A DNA stretch of 64,000 nucleotides from Heptranchias perlo (GCF_035084215.1 NC_090351.1:14818001-14882000), one strand, 5' to 3'; positions 36,420-50,843 are shown, counted from the stretch's first letter. Notes: a model not told the origin generated them from the letters alone. A program made the numbers and translations.

Positions 36420-37905
36420 TTATATTCCTCGTCATATACATCCCCCTACTCCTTTCCAATCCCATTTCCTTCTGAGTCCACCACTCTTCGCCCAAGTCAC
36501 TCACAATTACACCACGCTGCCAACTGTCTAGCCTTTGACCCTCCATTCGCCACCATATTTCTGATGCTGTCAATCTGCTCAACCGCTCCCTCTCCTCCAC
36601 TTTTGATGCCCTTGTCCCCAGTAAAATCTTTACTCTGTCCCATCCTGGTCATTCCCCTAGTTTGGCCCCCATGTTCACTCCCTCATGTCCAAGGAATGCA
36701 GATTTAAGCGTATCTCGTGCCCAGTTGATTTAGCCAAACATCACCAAATCTGCTATTGAGCCTCACTGTCCTCTACTCTCCATGATCATCCTGGTGAGCA
36801 AAGATAGTCTCTTGCTTCTTTTCTTCACTACCAACCATCTCCTTAAACTCCTCTCCTCCACCCCCTCCACCCTCACCTCCAACAACGTGGGAGGAGCTCA
36901 TGCATCTACTCTACTGCTTCTCCCTCCTTCCCCTTTCCTACCAAGCCCCCCCCACCCCCTGCCCTAGCCCTGAAGCCACATTTCTCTAATTTCACTCCTT
37001 TCTCCTGTCATGCCCTCTCCAAGCTTACCTTGTCCATGAGACTTGCCTCCTACTTCCTTGACCCCATTCCCACTAAACTGCTGACCACCCAACTTTCCTT
37101 CTTGACTCCCTTCCTGGCTGGCATTGTAAATGTTCTCCTCTCCTCACCTATTGGTCCCCTCTCTTTCAATACTGCTGTTAGCACCCACTCCTCAAAAAAC
37201 CTGCCCTTGACCCTTCTGTCTTTGCAAACTATTGCCCCACCTCGAACCTCCTTTTTGTCTCAAGTCCTTGAATGTGTTGTTGCCTCCCAAATCCATGGCC
37301 ACCTTTCCTGCAATTCCATGTTTGAATCTCTCCAACCAGGTTTCCTCCCTTGCCACAGCACCAAAATCGACCTACTCAAAGTCACAAATGAATAATAATC
37401 TCTGTGACGTTGACTGTGACCGTGGTGCACAATCTCTCCTCATACGTCTCGACCTCTGTGTAGCCTTTCACACATGGGCCACACCATGCTCCTCCAGCAA
37501 CTCTCTTCCATTATCCAGTGAGACTGCCCTGGCTTGGTTCTACTTTTAGCTATCTGATTTTAGTCAGAGCATCTCCAGCAATGACGTCTCTTCTTGTCCC
37601 ATACCTCCAAAGTCCCCCAAGGATTTATCCTCGATCCCCTCGTCTTTTCCATTTACATGCTGCTGTACCTTCAGCCATCTGGGCCCCACACTCTGTAATT
37701 CCCTTCATAAATCTCGCCGCCTCTCCATCTCTCTCTTCCTTTAAGACCCTCCTTAAAATCCACTCATTGATCGAGCTTTTGGTCGATCCTAATATCTCCC
37801 CCTTTGGCTCGTCATCCAGTTTTTGTCTGATTATGCCTATGTGAAGCATCTTGGGACATTTTTCCACGTTAAAGGCGCTACATAAATGCAAGCTTATATT
37901 GTTAT
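36420..37905 (+). mobile_element. L2 LINE remnant (ORF2 fragments and 3' tail)
   Basis: LDPIPTKLL, VLECVVASQI, LQPGF..HST..LLKVTN, LDLCVAF; tail AAAGGCGCTACATAAATGCAAG. Confidence 0.85.
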
Positions 37906-39031
37906 TTATTGTGATGCAAGCATTAGTCACTTACTTGCCAAATAATTGTTAAATGTGCTTAGTCTTTACTTAGATATCAAGCAAAATATATACAGTTTGA
38001 TATCTGGGGGAACTCCGTGCTCTTCTTTGCATTATGCTATAATCGTTTATAGATAGGGGCTCTGCTAAACAAGTCATTTGAAAGATGGCACCTCTGAGAA
38101 TGCAGCAGTCCCTCACTGAAGAGGTAGGGGGAAGAACTGGGCTCAGAGGCAGACCATGCTGCAGAGTTGGAAGAAAATTGTCTTGATAATGGAATAGATT
38201 TGGGGGAGAAAGCTGAACTCGGGAAGTACGCTAAGATTTGTAACCTCCAGGCTTAGTCTGAAGTGGCAGCCAGGGATGTTGAAGGGGTCAAGGTCAGAAA
38301 CATGTAGGTGTTGGCAGGAGCCAGAGGATGGCTTCAGTTTTGCCAACATTAAATTTGAAATTTTGGCTCATCCATGTCTTAATGTCCCTCACTTTAAGGG
38401 ATCCATATTAAATATTAATTCTCTTTATGATTTGCTTTTTGGACCTCTTCCTGAGATGTCTTGATAAAGTTTCCTGTATTTTTCTCTAACGTCATTCATT
38501 TAGAGGTGCAAAAGCCATATTAATTGTCAATTCAGTGCATTTGCATCAGCATATCATACAAGGTCACACTTAGAGGTCACATGTGAAAGCTACAGGTATT
38601 GCATAAACAAATGGAAAGTGGGTGGAAGGCACACAGTGACTTTATTTTTTTAAATCATCCATATAAGGTGCTGAAATGCTCATAAGCAAAGCAGCATTAG
38701 TTGCAAGAAAGGAAGCATTCTGCATTTGAGTACGTCATTTTATGAAAACTCCCATTCTTCTAATCTGCTGAACCGTAAAATCGAATGGAATGAATGACTC
38801 GACCTTTTGCCAAATGTATTTTGTGACCTGGAATGAAGACAGAAGGTCATAGTTGTTACTGGTTTCACCGTAGCAATGGAAATAACTTATGTTTGAAGCT
38901 GACTGGGAAATCATATTGAAATCCAGGTGAGTGCCTATCCACATGAGCTGTCGCTATAGTTTAGCCCATCTGAGGAAGCAAGGGCACTTGCACTTTTTAA
39001 GGACTGCAGTATCAGTTCTACACCAGAATCC

Positions 39032-40925
39032 AAGGCCTAGAAATGTGACCGTGCCCAAAAAGGGGCTCGCAGAGGGCAGGGCGCCACTGCACACGCCTGT
39101 TAGTGTTGTTCCAGGCAGCACGTAATATTCGTGCTGACTGCTCATTATCATCATTCAGGAGGGGGCCCGAGCTATTTATTGGCTACACACTGATTTGGGG
39201 GAGGAGGGGGGGGATATCAGGAGTTTCTGATGCCACTTAAAGGCAGCCAGCACCTCTTAAAGGGCAGATGCACTCTGGCTGCAGTCACCTGGGAAGAACT
39301 CTTCAATACAGAAATGGCTACAGCAAGTGCTGAGAGGGCACCAAGGTTCTCTGATGCTACCTTGGAGGTCCTAGTACAGGCAGTGGACAAGAGGAGGGAG
39401 AGCCTCCTCCCCCTAGGGGGCAACACATCCGCCGGCAGTGGGAAGATATCACAGAGTAAGTGAATGCCAGGAACTTAGCTCAAAGGATATAGCTGCAAAG
39501 TGGAAAGAAGTTCAGTGACATGATCAGAGTTGTTAAGGTAACAATACTGCTCTATTACTCTTTGCTCACACCTCCACCACCCCCAGCCTCATAATACTTC
39601 ACAATACTTCCCTCCTTTGCTTCCCTTCACTCACTTTCAATCACTGCACCACACTTCCTTACACCTCCTTCTCATCCTACTCACACACTCACCACGATTG
39701 TAACCTTTACTTCCCCACACCTCATGTCTTACCCACTGCATTCCAGCGATTCCACCATGATGGGCAGATTCTCTAAACACCTCACAAGACTGTCACCAAC
39801 ACATGGCCTTCTTTCTTCCACAACTCCAGACAGGAAACAGTCACTGGAGGAGGCCGGGCTCTCCTGCACACCCTCAACGCCCCCCCCCTCGAAGAAAACA
39901 TGCTGGCCATCACAGGCAGAGTCAGATTCATGACCGTGTGACTGGGTTTCTTCACCCCTTTTTCCTTTATCTCCCCTACACACTCCATATAACAAGCTGC
40001 AGATGCTTTCATCAGACACCTCTCGCTCTCTGCTCTCCCTTCACACTAAAAGCTAGCCCTTGCCCCTCTCTTTCATTTCAGGTGCTGAAAATGTGGACAG
40101 CCCTCTGCTAGCGGAGGGAGAGGTGGTCAGCCTTCCTGAAGAGTCGCTTGATCTCACCCTCGCAAGCTCCAGCTCACACATTGGCACCACACGCACATTA
40201 GAGGCCAGGCTAGACGAAGGGCCTTCACGTGATGCATCACCGGACACAAGTGTGCGAGAACTAGGGCACGGAGTGAGGACGCAATAGGTGCCAGCTCGCC
40301 AGAGGGTGAGATCACATACTAGTTCTGCTGCAGAGGATTTGGATGCTGACTTTGAGGGTCCAGCCTTCCGAAGAAAGCTGATGGGCATATACCAGAAAAT
40401 GCTCAGTGCACTGGGCAGCCTGCCTGCGAGCTTGCGCACAATGTCACAGAGCGTGGAGAAGTCCAGCTCCAACTTGTGTCAAGGCTTAGCGCAGAGCATG
40501 GAGATCATTTTCTCCGACATGGATCGAGCAGTCAGCTCCATCAACACGATAGTGATGCCCACCGGCATGCAGCCTCTGCTGACAGCTCTCATGCCACGAA
40601 AGCTCAAACGGCTGCCATCTTGGCTTTGGGAGCCACTGTTGACGGGGGCTTCCAGAGCGTCACGTCATTCCTGTACTCTGTTCTCGTGCAGAGCTGGTGC
40701 AGCCCCAGGAGACTGCCTGTTCCCCCACCACCCTCTCCACCTTGTGGCCTTGTTAGTGTCAGCTGGGCCAGACTGACCTGGCCCATGCCGAGATGCTCCT
40801 GTCTGCAGCCGGGCCCTCAAGGCCCAGAGCTGCTCGAGATCACCCACCACAGCAATCTAAATGTCCTCAATAGGAGCTCAGCAGCCTTCCACCTCCCAAG
40901 CTGTAGCCACTGGGAATATACTTTA
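39032..40925 (+). mobile_element. Partial Harbinger element carrying a Myb/SANT-like gene; right part lost
   Basis: Possible terminus GGCCTAGAAAT at about 39033; gene described below; cut by a CR1 at 40927. Confidence 0.6.
39314..40920 (+). pseudogene. Harbinger Myb/SANT-like DNA-binding gene, spliced, disrupted
   Basis: Exon 1 MATASAERAPRFSDATLEVLVQAVDKRRESL...KKFSDMIRVVK then GT donor at 39538; TGGG motif near 39845; acceptor TTTCATTTCAG before 40082. Confidence 0.75.
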
Positions 40926-40926
40926 A

Positions 40927-41570
40927 TAGAATCACAGAATCATACAGCACAGAAGGAGGCCATTTTGCCCATCATGCCCATAGCTATCCAATCAGACCCA
41001 CTGCTCTTTCCCCACAACCCTGTAAATTTTTCCCCTTCAAGTATTTATCCAATTCCCTTTTGAAAGTTATTATTGAATCTGCTTCCACCGCCCTTTCAGG
41101 CAGTGAATTCCAGATCATTACAACTCGCAGCGCAATTTATTTTTTCCTCACGTCGCTTCTGGTTCTTTTGCCAATTTCCTTAAATCTGCGTTCTCTGCTT
41201 ACCGACCTTTGTGCCACTGGAAACAGTTTCTCCTTATTTGCTCTTTCAAAACCATTCATGATTTTGAACACCTCTATAAAATCTCCCCTGAGGAGAACAA
41301 TACCAGTTTCTTGCATCTTTCATTTCTGGTACCATTCTAGTAAATCTCCTCTGCACCCTTTCTAAGGCCTTGACATCCTTCCTACATTGTGGTGTCCAGA
41401 ATTGGACACAATACTCCAGCTGAGGCCTAACCGGTGATTTATAAAGGTTTGGCATAATTTCCTTGCTTTTTACTCTATGCTTCTATTTGTAAAGCCAAAG
41501 ATCCCGTATGCCTTTTTAACAGCCTTCTCAGCTTGTCCTGCCATCTTCAAAAGACTTGTGTATGTACAAT
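40927..41570 (-). mobile_element. CR1 3' fragment
   Basis: RPQLEYCVQFW; tail TAGAATCACAGAATCATACAGC. Confidence 0.9.
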
Positions 41571-42046
41571 ATATATAACAAATCAAATTCTGAGAGCTTA
41601 TTTATAACATTGTGGAAGGTAATAAAACTAGACCACAAACCACATCTCTACCAGCTCATTCACTGCACAGTAGAATTCGCTTACTGCACACTTTGATTTG
41701 GGATAGCCCATATCCACCCTGCACGGTTATAACAAGAACATCACCTGGGGTTCTTCTCACAATAATGACCACAACATTTTGGTAGAACCAAAGATATAAC
41801 TTGTACTAGGGGCTGGGGGGTTTTAATATGGCGGTGGGATCTCAGCAGTGGGGGGTGGGAAACCCGGAGAAAAAATCATGCAGTTTCCCAAGTGATCGCG
41901 ACTCAATTGAAGCCACTTAACTCAACTTCCGGGTTTCGCGTCCTCAAACTGCGCAGCAGGTGAACTGCACTCTCGCAACGTGCGTTTAAAGCCCACCACT
42001 TAAAGGCCACTGCAACAATGCATTTTGTAGAAGAATTGAGGCTACA

Positions 42047-43754
42047 ATGACTATGCAACGTTCCAGAACCAAGCCAGCACCTAGGTTCCCCACCACCCTG
42101 GAGACATTGCTGGGCGCAGTGAGAAGCAGGAGGGAGGTGCTTTATCCACCAGACAGGAGGAAGAAACCTGGGTCTGTCACAAAGAAGGCATGGCTGGAGG
42201 TGGCAGAACAGGTCAGCAGCAGGAGCACGGTGTCCCGGTCATGGTAGCACTATAGAAAGAAATTTAATGACCTAACCAGGTCAGGAAAAATGAGTACAGT
42301 TACTGAATGACCTGTATTCTGTGGTGAACATTACCCCCCCCTCCAACACTGCCCATGAAGACTCCATCACATCACTCCTCACACCCACTTAAGGCTCAGT
42401 GTCAAGTCACCTTCACTTTCTGTGCACTTCTTCACCCCCCCCAATTTGTGCACTCACGTCTCACTCCCAATCCTGATCCAATGTGATCAGTCTGTCTGAT
42501 AGTCACCCTCTGATGCATCTGCTTCATTGTCATCCTGACTCAAAGCAATGCATCCATTGGGTGACCACTTCACCCTCACTCATTCACTCGCATGTCTATA
42601 CTTTCTCCCCTTGTAGGAGAAGAGAACGCAAAATGCAAGGGAGAGGGCGAGGACTGGAGGGGGGCCTCCACAAATAGTGGCCCTCACAGACGTGGAGGAG
42701 GAGGCGTTGGAGATAAGCCGGGCAGTGCAGTGCCTGGCCGTAGGGGATGCCGAGACTGGCACCACGCAAACGTCTGGTGACAGAACTTTAACATCCCTCA
42801 CACACAACATGGACTGATGTTATCAATGATTGACCTGTTGCACATCTCAGTATGCTCATTGCAACATTACTTCTGTGATGATTATTAATATTGCTGTATG
42901 TTCTCTTCCGGGGCGTCACGGACTGATGACGTGGTCGAGGGCGATTCCTCAGAGGAGCTCCCTGCCTCTGAGGGTGCACTGTCACATCTTAGCAGTGATG
43001 GAGAGTCTGCATCGGAGGACGCACTCCCCTCCAAGCTCTGCTCAGCTTGGCACAGATGCTGAACCCCGGAGGCCATCCTTGAGAAGGAGAATGATAGAGG
43101 TACAGGAGCAATTTTGCGAGGGAGTGGAAAATGTGCCATGCACACTCTCCACACTAGCCGAGAGGATGGAGGAGCCCAACGCCATCGCTAGTGGACTGGT
43201 GGCGCAGGTAAGTGCAGGAATGTCTGCGATGGAGAGAAGGCTAGCCTCCATGAGCTTCAAGCACGGCTCACAAATGAGTCCATTCAGGCCCTGGCAATGG
43301 CTGTGCGGACTCAGGGCGAACTACATTCTACTGCCCTAGACAAGCAGACAGATACATTAGCACTGGCCTTACAAGTCATCACACATGTCCTCCAAGCTGT
43401 TGTCCACCAGAGTGGTAGGAGTGATGTGGCCCTGACCCAGGAGAGGGATGATGGTGAAAGGGGACATTGAAGTGGGCGCACCACTCAAAGCGCTTCCACC
43501 TTTCACCCGTTGCCCCTCTTTAAGCGGTAGCCGCAATGCTGTCTCCTCCCCAGATGGCCGAGTCTGCCCCTGCACAGGTGCAGGTGGAACAGTCTTTGGA
43601 GGGGCCTTCACAGGCTCCAAAACCTAGAGATCGTGGGCTGAAAGCATCTAAGCAGTCCGGGCATGAATCTGAGCAACCTGCCACTACCTCTGTTGCAGCC
43701 ACAGGGGATGCACCACGTAGAAGCTGTAGGAAGAGGCAGTCGAAGGTTTTGTAA
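42047..43754 (+). pseudogene. Harbinger Myb/SANT-like gene (exons 42047-42289, 42617-42776, about 42912-43754)
   Basis: APRF..LETLLGAVRSRREVL...KKAWLEVAEQVSS...RSW*HYRKKFNDL; exon 2 EKRTQNARERARTGGGPP with AG/GT ends; in-frame stop at 42245, first donor mutated GT>AT. Confidence 0.85.
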
Positions 43755-44088
43755 TCACCAAGGGCAGGCACAAAGGTGTCTGACAGACTGTCATGTTTTT
43801 CATTTATATTTGGTTTATGTTAAATTCACATTAAATGTTATGATTCTCACCACCACTGCCACGTCTTGCCCATTCTTCAGTCCCTTTTGTGAAAGCGCCC
43901 TTACATGTGGTTGCTCATGAATGGTGAGACTTATTGCCACCCATTGGGTATATTTGCAATGGGTGTATGTGTCGTTGTATGAATGTTTCATGCAACCTGG
44001 GGGCGGGGGAGGGGGGGTGGGGGTTTGTGGTTGTGGTGGTCCTTACAGGTGGTCTGAGTTCTTGGCTGTAGTCACTTTGCAGATCTCC

Positions 44089-45283
44089 CTATGAGAATCT
44101 ATCAAATATGAGTGACTCCCTGGCATGACGAACAGCCAGGTGAGATGCTGCTCTACCAATGGTTCGCCCATCTTCATCCTCCTCGTCATCTTCTTCAATG
44201 TTGATGGTAGATGCGGCTGCTTCTGGAGCACATGGGACCTCATCCACTGGTAACCCTCTCTATTGAGCGATGTTAAGCAGGAGGCAACACACGACTATTA
44301 ATCTACACACCTTCACCGGTTCATACTGAAGGGCTCCTCCAGATTGATCCAGGCACCAGAAGTTCATCTTCAGCATTCCTATGGCTTGCTCTATGACGGA
44401 GCTGGTGTTGCTGTGACCATTGTTGTACTGTTGCAGTGCTTTGCTGGAGGGGTTCCTCACAGATGTCATGAGCCATGTCTGCATGGGGTATCACTTGTCT
44501 TCAAGGAGCCAGCCCTTAAGTGTGTCTTGTACGTGGGAGAGGGTCAGGATGTTGGATTCGCACAGAATGAAGGAATCATGACAGCTGCCTGGGAATTTGG
44601 CACACGCCTGCAGAAACCTCTTCCAGTGGTTGCAAACCAGCTGCGCGTTGATGGAGTGATATCCTTTTCTGTTGATGAACATTCCTGGCTCATGTGGAGG
44701 TGCTCGGCTTGCTATGTGTATGCAATCAATTATGCCCTGTACCTGTGGGAAGCCAGTCAGAGAGTGGAAACCCACTGTCCTCTCAGTCTGACTGATGTCG
44801 TCGATGGGGAAGTTGACGTAGTCGGATGCCCTGGCAAACCAGTCACCGTGACCTGTCGTATACACTTATGTGCGGACAACTGAGAGATCCTGGTGATGTC
44901 ACTGGTGGCGCCCTGGAAGGATCCGGAGGCGAAGAAGTTGAGGGCATTGGTGACTTTAATTGCGACGGGCAATGCATGACCACCAGGCCCAGTCGGGAGC
45001 AGCTCTGCATGAAGGAGCCTGCAGATGTTTGCGACCATCTGGCCACTCAATCTTAGCCTTTGTAGGCACTGCTCCTCAGAGAGATCCAGAAAGCTCAGCC
45101 TCTGCCTGCCGACCCTCTCATGAGGGTAGTGCCTCCTGCGACGTCGGGCCCTCCGTTGTTCCCCTCCCTGCTCTTCTGCAGGTCCCTGTAGCGCACCTGC
45201 CTTGTGGAGCTGCAACTCCCATAACTGCACACCCTGCATCCTCCTCAGATGTAGTGTTGAATACATCCATTGCTTCCCCCCAT
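44089..45283 (-). pseudogene. Harbinger DDE transposase (HARBI1-family), stops and frameshifts
   Basis: ALNFFASGSFQ, GFPQVQGIIDCIHI, NRKGYHSINAQLVC, PGSCHDSFI, GWLLEDK, VIEQAIGMLK. Confidence 0.92.
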
Positions 45284-45829
45284 CCTGATGGTGTCAGTTT
45301 GAGGGGATCCAAAATGCAAGCAAATATTTCTGAACAGAAGAGTTCTGAGTGTAAACAAAGAAATCTGAGTCTAAACACTAAGAACTCCCAATCAAACGTT
45401 TGTCTGAGAGAACTGCTTGCCCTGCTGCAAAAACTCACCTTTTATCCCCATTTGTCTATCACTGGTTTAAATGTCCAAATGGCTGCCGGCTACAACTCGC
45501 CTCGCTTTCCATGGTGTGTTTCAGAGGCCACGGGAGACATGTTCAGGCAGAGTTAAAATCATTTGTCTGCCTCAGTCCCCACAAATTTAATTGATTTAAC
45601 TAGTTCAACTATGTTAATTCCCCCTTTAAATGTCACCCGCCAGTTTTAATTGCCGATGGGACTTCTGGCTTTCCGAAGTGTGTGCATGCGTACCCAGAGA
45701 CATCTGGGTGAAACTCATTTTTCATCATGTTGAAGCTAGGACTCATTCCCACTCCAAACTTTAACAATTTTTATTGTCTCCCCGCCCCCAACTCACCCAT
45801 TCTTCGGGATTATAATCATGCCCGAGATT

Positions 45830-47790
45830 TCAGAAAGGCAAACATTGCTAAAATGGCAGACGATTTGGAACAGTTTAATTGGCTAACCCTAGTGGGTGGT
45901 GATGAGACCGATATAGAATACAAATGGAAGGTTTTTAAGAACAAGATAAAACATCTGGAAGACAAATATGTACCCAAAGTCAAACAAAGGGAGTGTGGTA
46001 AGAAAAAGCCAAGGTCAAGCCAAGCTGACTGGTCATGTACAAAGAAAAATAAGATGTAAACAAAAATGTTTCTACAAACTTAAGGCATCTAATACTCAAC
46101 TAAATGGAATTAAGTACAACGAATAGCTAAAGAAAATGAAGGCTGCTATGAGATTAGCTAAAAGAATAATGGAAAAGAGGATTGTAAACAATTGTGGAAG
46201 TAATGGGAAAAGCTTTTTCAGTTATGTGAAGAGTCAGAGAACTGTCAAAGACTGTACTGGGCCATTGAAGGATGCTCAAGGGCAGATTACAAAGAACTCA
46301 CTGGGCATGGTGGAAATACTAAATGAGGTCTTTGAATCGGTCTTTGCTCTTGAAGACGATGCTCGACTGTTACAATTTAATGATCTTAATAATAAAACTA
46401 GTAGTATTAACATAGATGAACGTATTATTTTAGATAGAATTAAGAACCTGAAAATAGATAGAGCAGCTGGGCTGGATGATATCCAACCGAGGGTCCTCAA
46501 GGAGACATGTGTTGTGTGAGCCCCTTGCCCATATTTTTAATAGCTCATTGCACTCTGGGACAGTTCCCCTAGACTGGAAGGGGGCTAATGTAGTCCCCAT
46601 CTTTAAAAAAGGAGACAATATAGACCCGGGTAATTATTAGACATCAATAATACGGTGCTTGAGGGTATCATTAGGAATGTAATACATGATTTATTGAATA
46701 GGGAGGGACATATTAGGGAGACCCAACATGGCTTCAAAAAACGGAGGTCATGTCTAACAAATTTGATTATCTTTTTTGAAGAAGTCACCAAGATGGTGGA
46801 TGAGGGAAGCCCAGTAGACATTGTCTACTTAGACGTCCAAAAAGCTTTTGATAACGTACTGCACAAGAGGCTTCTCTACAAGATCGAAGCCTCTGGTATA
46901 AATGTAACCTTTCTATGATTCTATGAAGTGGTAATATATTGATCTGGATTGTGAACTAGCTGAAAGGCCGTAGGCAGAAAGTAGTTATAGATGGATCTGG
47001 ATCTGTTTGGAGACCGGTCACCAGTGGTGTCCTGCAGGGATCGGTGTTGGGACCGTTGCTCTTTACTATTTATATTAATGATCTAGATGTAGGTGTTGGA
47101 GGCATGATCTGCAAATTTCCAGATGATACCAAGATCCGTGCGAGTGTCAGGATTGTAAACGATGTTCAACTGCTTCAGGCGGATCTTGATGTGTTGGGGG
47201 ATTGGGCTCGTGACTGGCAAATGATATTTAATTTGGGGAAGTGCAGTGTCATGCATGTGGGCAGGGCAAATGCTCAACATACATACATCCTTCAGCGAAA
47301 AGCATTAAAGCAGGTGGAGAAAGAAAGATCTGGGCGTTCTAGTGCATAGATCTCTAAAGGTTCATGAGCAATGCCACGAAGCAATAGCAAGAGCAAATGG
47401 GGTATTGGGGTGCATTTATAGGGCAATTAACTATAAGATAAAGCATACTATTTTGTCCTTGTACAAGACCTTGATCGGGCCTCAGTTGGAATACCCTGTC
47501 CAGTTTTGATCCCCTCACATGGTGGGTGAGATTGAGGCTTTGGAAAGGGTGCATAGGAGGCCACTAGACTAATTCCCAGCTTAAAACATCTTAGTTATCA
47601 AGATATGCTAAAACAGCTGGAACTCTACACTTTAGAGAACCGTAGACATAGGGGTGATCTGATTGAGGTTTATAAGATAATGAAAGGAATAGATTGTGCT
47701 CAAGTTGACAGTTTGTTCCAAATAGATTCAGGAGGACCAGGGGTCACAATTTTAAGTTGTACAGGCCAGATGTAGGTTCGATGTTAGGAG
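45830..47790 (+). mobile_element. Older CR1 LINE, degenerate ORF2
   Basis: [41 protein letters not shown]. Confidence 0.9.
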
Positions 47791-47995
47791 AACTCCCTGC
47801 TCATTTCTAAATAGCGCCTAAACCATACAAACAAGCAGACCGCCTCAGTTTAATGTTTTATCTGAAATTCAGCCGCTCTGTCAATGCAGCACTCCCTCTG
47901 TACTGAACTGAAGTGCCAGTCTGGACTATGTGCTCAAACCTTGAAGTGGATTTGAACTCTCAGGCAAGAGTGCTACCGACTGCCCCAAGCTGAAA
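47788..47995 (-). mobile_element. Deu-domain SINE 5' half
   Basis: GAGAACTCCCTGCTC...AAATAGCGCC...GCACTCCCTCTGTACTG...TGTGCTCAA matches 22965-23200. Confidence 0.7.
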
Positions 47996-48751
47996 CTATA
48001 GTAAAACGAGAAAGTCAAATAAAAGGCCTCTTTTCTCCACCATCCCTACTTCAGTTCTAACACCTTCACCAGATACACTAATCCCAGCTCTGCATCAATC
48101 GAGGTACATCAAACTTAAAGAATTGCAGAAGTTTTGGATTTGTAGATCCTTTTTCTTTCCAAATGCAGAGGATAAAATGCAGCAGGACAAAGATTCTCCT
48201 GCTGTCTTCCCCATTCTGCGCCCAATAAAGCGAACAGCCATTTGTGAGAACAGGCACAGTTAAGTAACAAAAAACTTGAATTCACAAATTAATAGTTACT
48301 TCCTTTCAAATGCTTGCAGATGGATTCCTTATAGGAAAATTAAATAGTTCATGCTCTAATAATCCCACTATGGTAGAAGTCTGCAACTCATGATTTTGTG
48401 CAGTTCCTTAGCCACACATGAAGCACTGACTTGAGTTACAAAACTATTCGACTGGCAAATGTGATTGAGATGTTAAGATAACATTGCAATATGAACCTAA
48501 TATTCCATCCAAGAATCTTTACAGTTGTGAGAAGGAGTCAGTGACTTTTGCTGTAAGCAGTGCTGTGAAATTATTTTGAGTTGTGGGAGGCTGATTGAGT
48601 GAGGCGTTGACTGAATGAGTTGTTACTGAGAGGTCAGAAAGCGAAGTTGGCTTGAACAAGAATTGGTGACGGTGTTGTTAAATGTGCTGCTTCAACTGAG
48701 GCTATGCGAGGATTGTGCGAATGGGCAGTTTCTAAAATTAAGTAGATGAAT

Positions 48752-50843
48752 ATAAGAACATAAGAAATAGGAACAGGAGTAGGCCATACAGCTCCTCGAG
48801 CCTGGTCTGCCATTCAATAAGATCATGGCTGATCATCTACCTCAGCTCCACTTTCTCGCCTGATCCCCATATCCCTTGATTCCCTTAGTGTCCAAAAACC
48901 CATTGATCTCAGCCTTGAATATACTCAACAACTCAGCATCCACAGCTCTCTGGGGTAGAGAATTCCAAAGGTTCACAACCCTCTGAGTAAAGAAATTTCT
49001 CCTCATCTCAGTCCTAAATAGCTGACCCCCTTATCCTGAGACTATGCACCCTAATTCTAGACTCTCCAGCCACGGGCAACTGCCTCTCAGCATCTCCCCT
49101 TTCAAGCCCTCTCAGAATCTTATATGTTGCAATGAGATCACATCTTATTCTTCTAGGCCCATTCTCCTCAACCTTTCCTCATAGGTCAACCCTCCCAGGA
49201 ATCAATCTAGTGAACCTTCGTTGCACTGCCTCTAAGGCAAGTATATCCTTCCTTAGGTAAGGAGACCAAAACTGTACACAGTACTCCAGGTGTGGTATCA
49301 CCAAAGCCCTGTACAATTGCAGCAAGACGTCCTTGCTCTTGTACTCCAACCCCCTTGCAGTAAAGGCCAACATACCATTTGCTTCCCTAATTGCTTGCTA
49401 TACCTGCACGTTAACTTTCTGTGCTTCATGTACAAGGACACCCAAATCCCTCTGAACACCAATATTTAATAATTTCTCACCATTTAAAAAATATTCTGTT
49501 TTTCTATTCTTCCTACTAAAGTGAATAACCTCACATTATACTCCACCTGCCACCTTCTTGCCCACTCACTTAACCTGTCTATATCCCTTTGCAGACTCTT
49601 CTGTGTCCTCCTCACAGCTTACTTTCCCACATAGCTTTGTATTGTCAGCAAACTTGGATACATTGCACTCGGTCCCTTCATTTAAGTCATTAATATTGAT
49701 TGTAAATAGCTGAGGCCCAAGCACTGATCCTTGCGGCACCCCACTAGTTACAGCCTGCCAACCTAAAAATGACTCGCTTATTCCTAGTCTCTGTTTTCTC
49801 TCCATTAACCAATCCTCTATCCATGTTAATATATTACCCCCAACCCCATGAGCCCTTATCTTCTGAAACAACCTTTTGTGTGGCACCTTATTGAATGCCT
49901 TTTGAAAATCCTAATATACTACATCCACAGGCTCCTGTTTACCTACCCTGCTAGTGACATCCTCAAAAAACTCTAATAGATTTGTCAAACACGATTTCCC
50001 TTTCATAAAGCTATGTTGACTCTGCCTAATCATATTATGATTTTCTAAGTGCCCCGTTAGCACATCCTTATTAATGGATTCCAGCATTTTCCCGGCTATT
50101 GATGTTAGGCTAACTGGCCCGTAGTTCCCTGTTTTCTCTCTCCCTCCTTTCTTGAATAGTGGTGTTACATTTGCTACCTTCCAATCCACTGGGACCGTTC
50201 TACAATCTAGTGAATTTTGGAAGATCACAACCAATGCATTAACTATCTCTGTAGCTACCTCTTTTAGAACCCTAGGATGTAGACAATCAGGTCCAGGGGA
50301 TTTGTTGGCTTTTAGTCCCATTAATTTCTCCAGTACTTTTTCTTTACTAATATTAATTATTTTAAGTTCCTTACTTTCATTAGACCTTTGGTTCCCCACT
50401 ATTTCTGGTATGTTTTTTGTGTCTTCTACTGTGAAGACAGACACAAAATATTTGTTTAACGTCTCTGCCATTTCCATATTCCCCATTATAATTTCTCCTG
50501 TCTCAGCCTCTAAGGGACCCACATTTACTTTCGCTGCTCTCTTCTTTTTTACGTACTTGTAGAAACTCTTACAAAATGTTTTTATATTTCTTGCTAGTTT
50601 ACTCTCATTCTATTTTCTTTCTCTTTATCAATTTTTTGGTCGTCCTTTGCTGGTTTCTAAAACTCTCCCAATCCTCAGGCTTACTACTCTTCTTGGCAAC
50701 ATTATACGCCTCTTCTTTTAATCTAATACTACCCTTAACTTCTATAGCTAACCGTGGAGTTTTTATTTCTCAATGGAATGTATATTTGTTGAGAATTATG
50801 AAATATTTCTTTAAATGTTCACTATTGCTTATTTACTGTCATA
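48752..50843 (-). mobile_element. CR1 LINE, 5'-truncated, degenerate
   Basis: ORFs 49179, 49566, 49911 with RT motifs; same subfamily as 16663/21242. Confidence 0.95.

Larger units (their letters stand above)
41809..45823. mobile_element. Harbinger (PIF/Harbinger) DNA transposon, near full length, decayed
   Basis: Convergent Myb/SANT and DDE transposase genes; degenerate termini GGG...TTTTAAT and ATTATAATCATGCCC. Confidence 0.88.

Noticed and set aside
36145-36531. 128-aa ORF as a host exon
   Set aside because: No recognisable homology or clear donor; runs into an L2 remnant.
44089-45283. Domesticated HARBI1 host gene
   Set aside because: Stops and frameshifts, paired Myb gene and transposon-like termini indicate a dead transposon.
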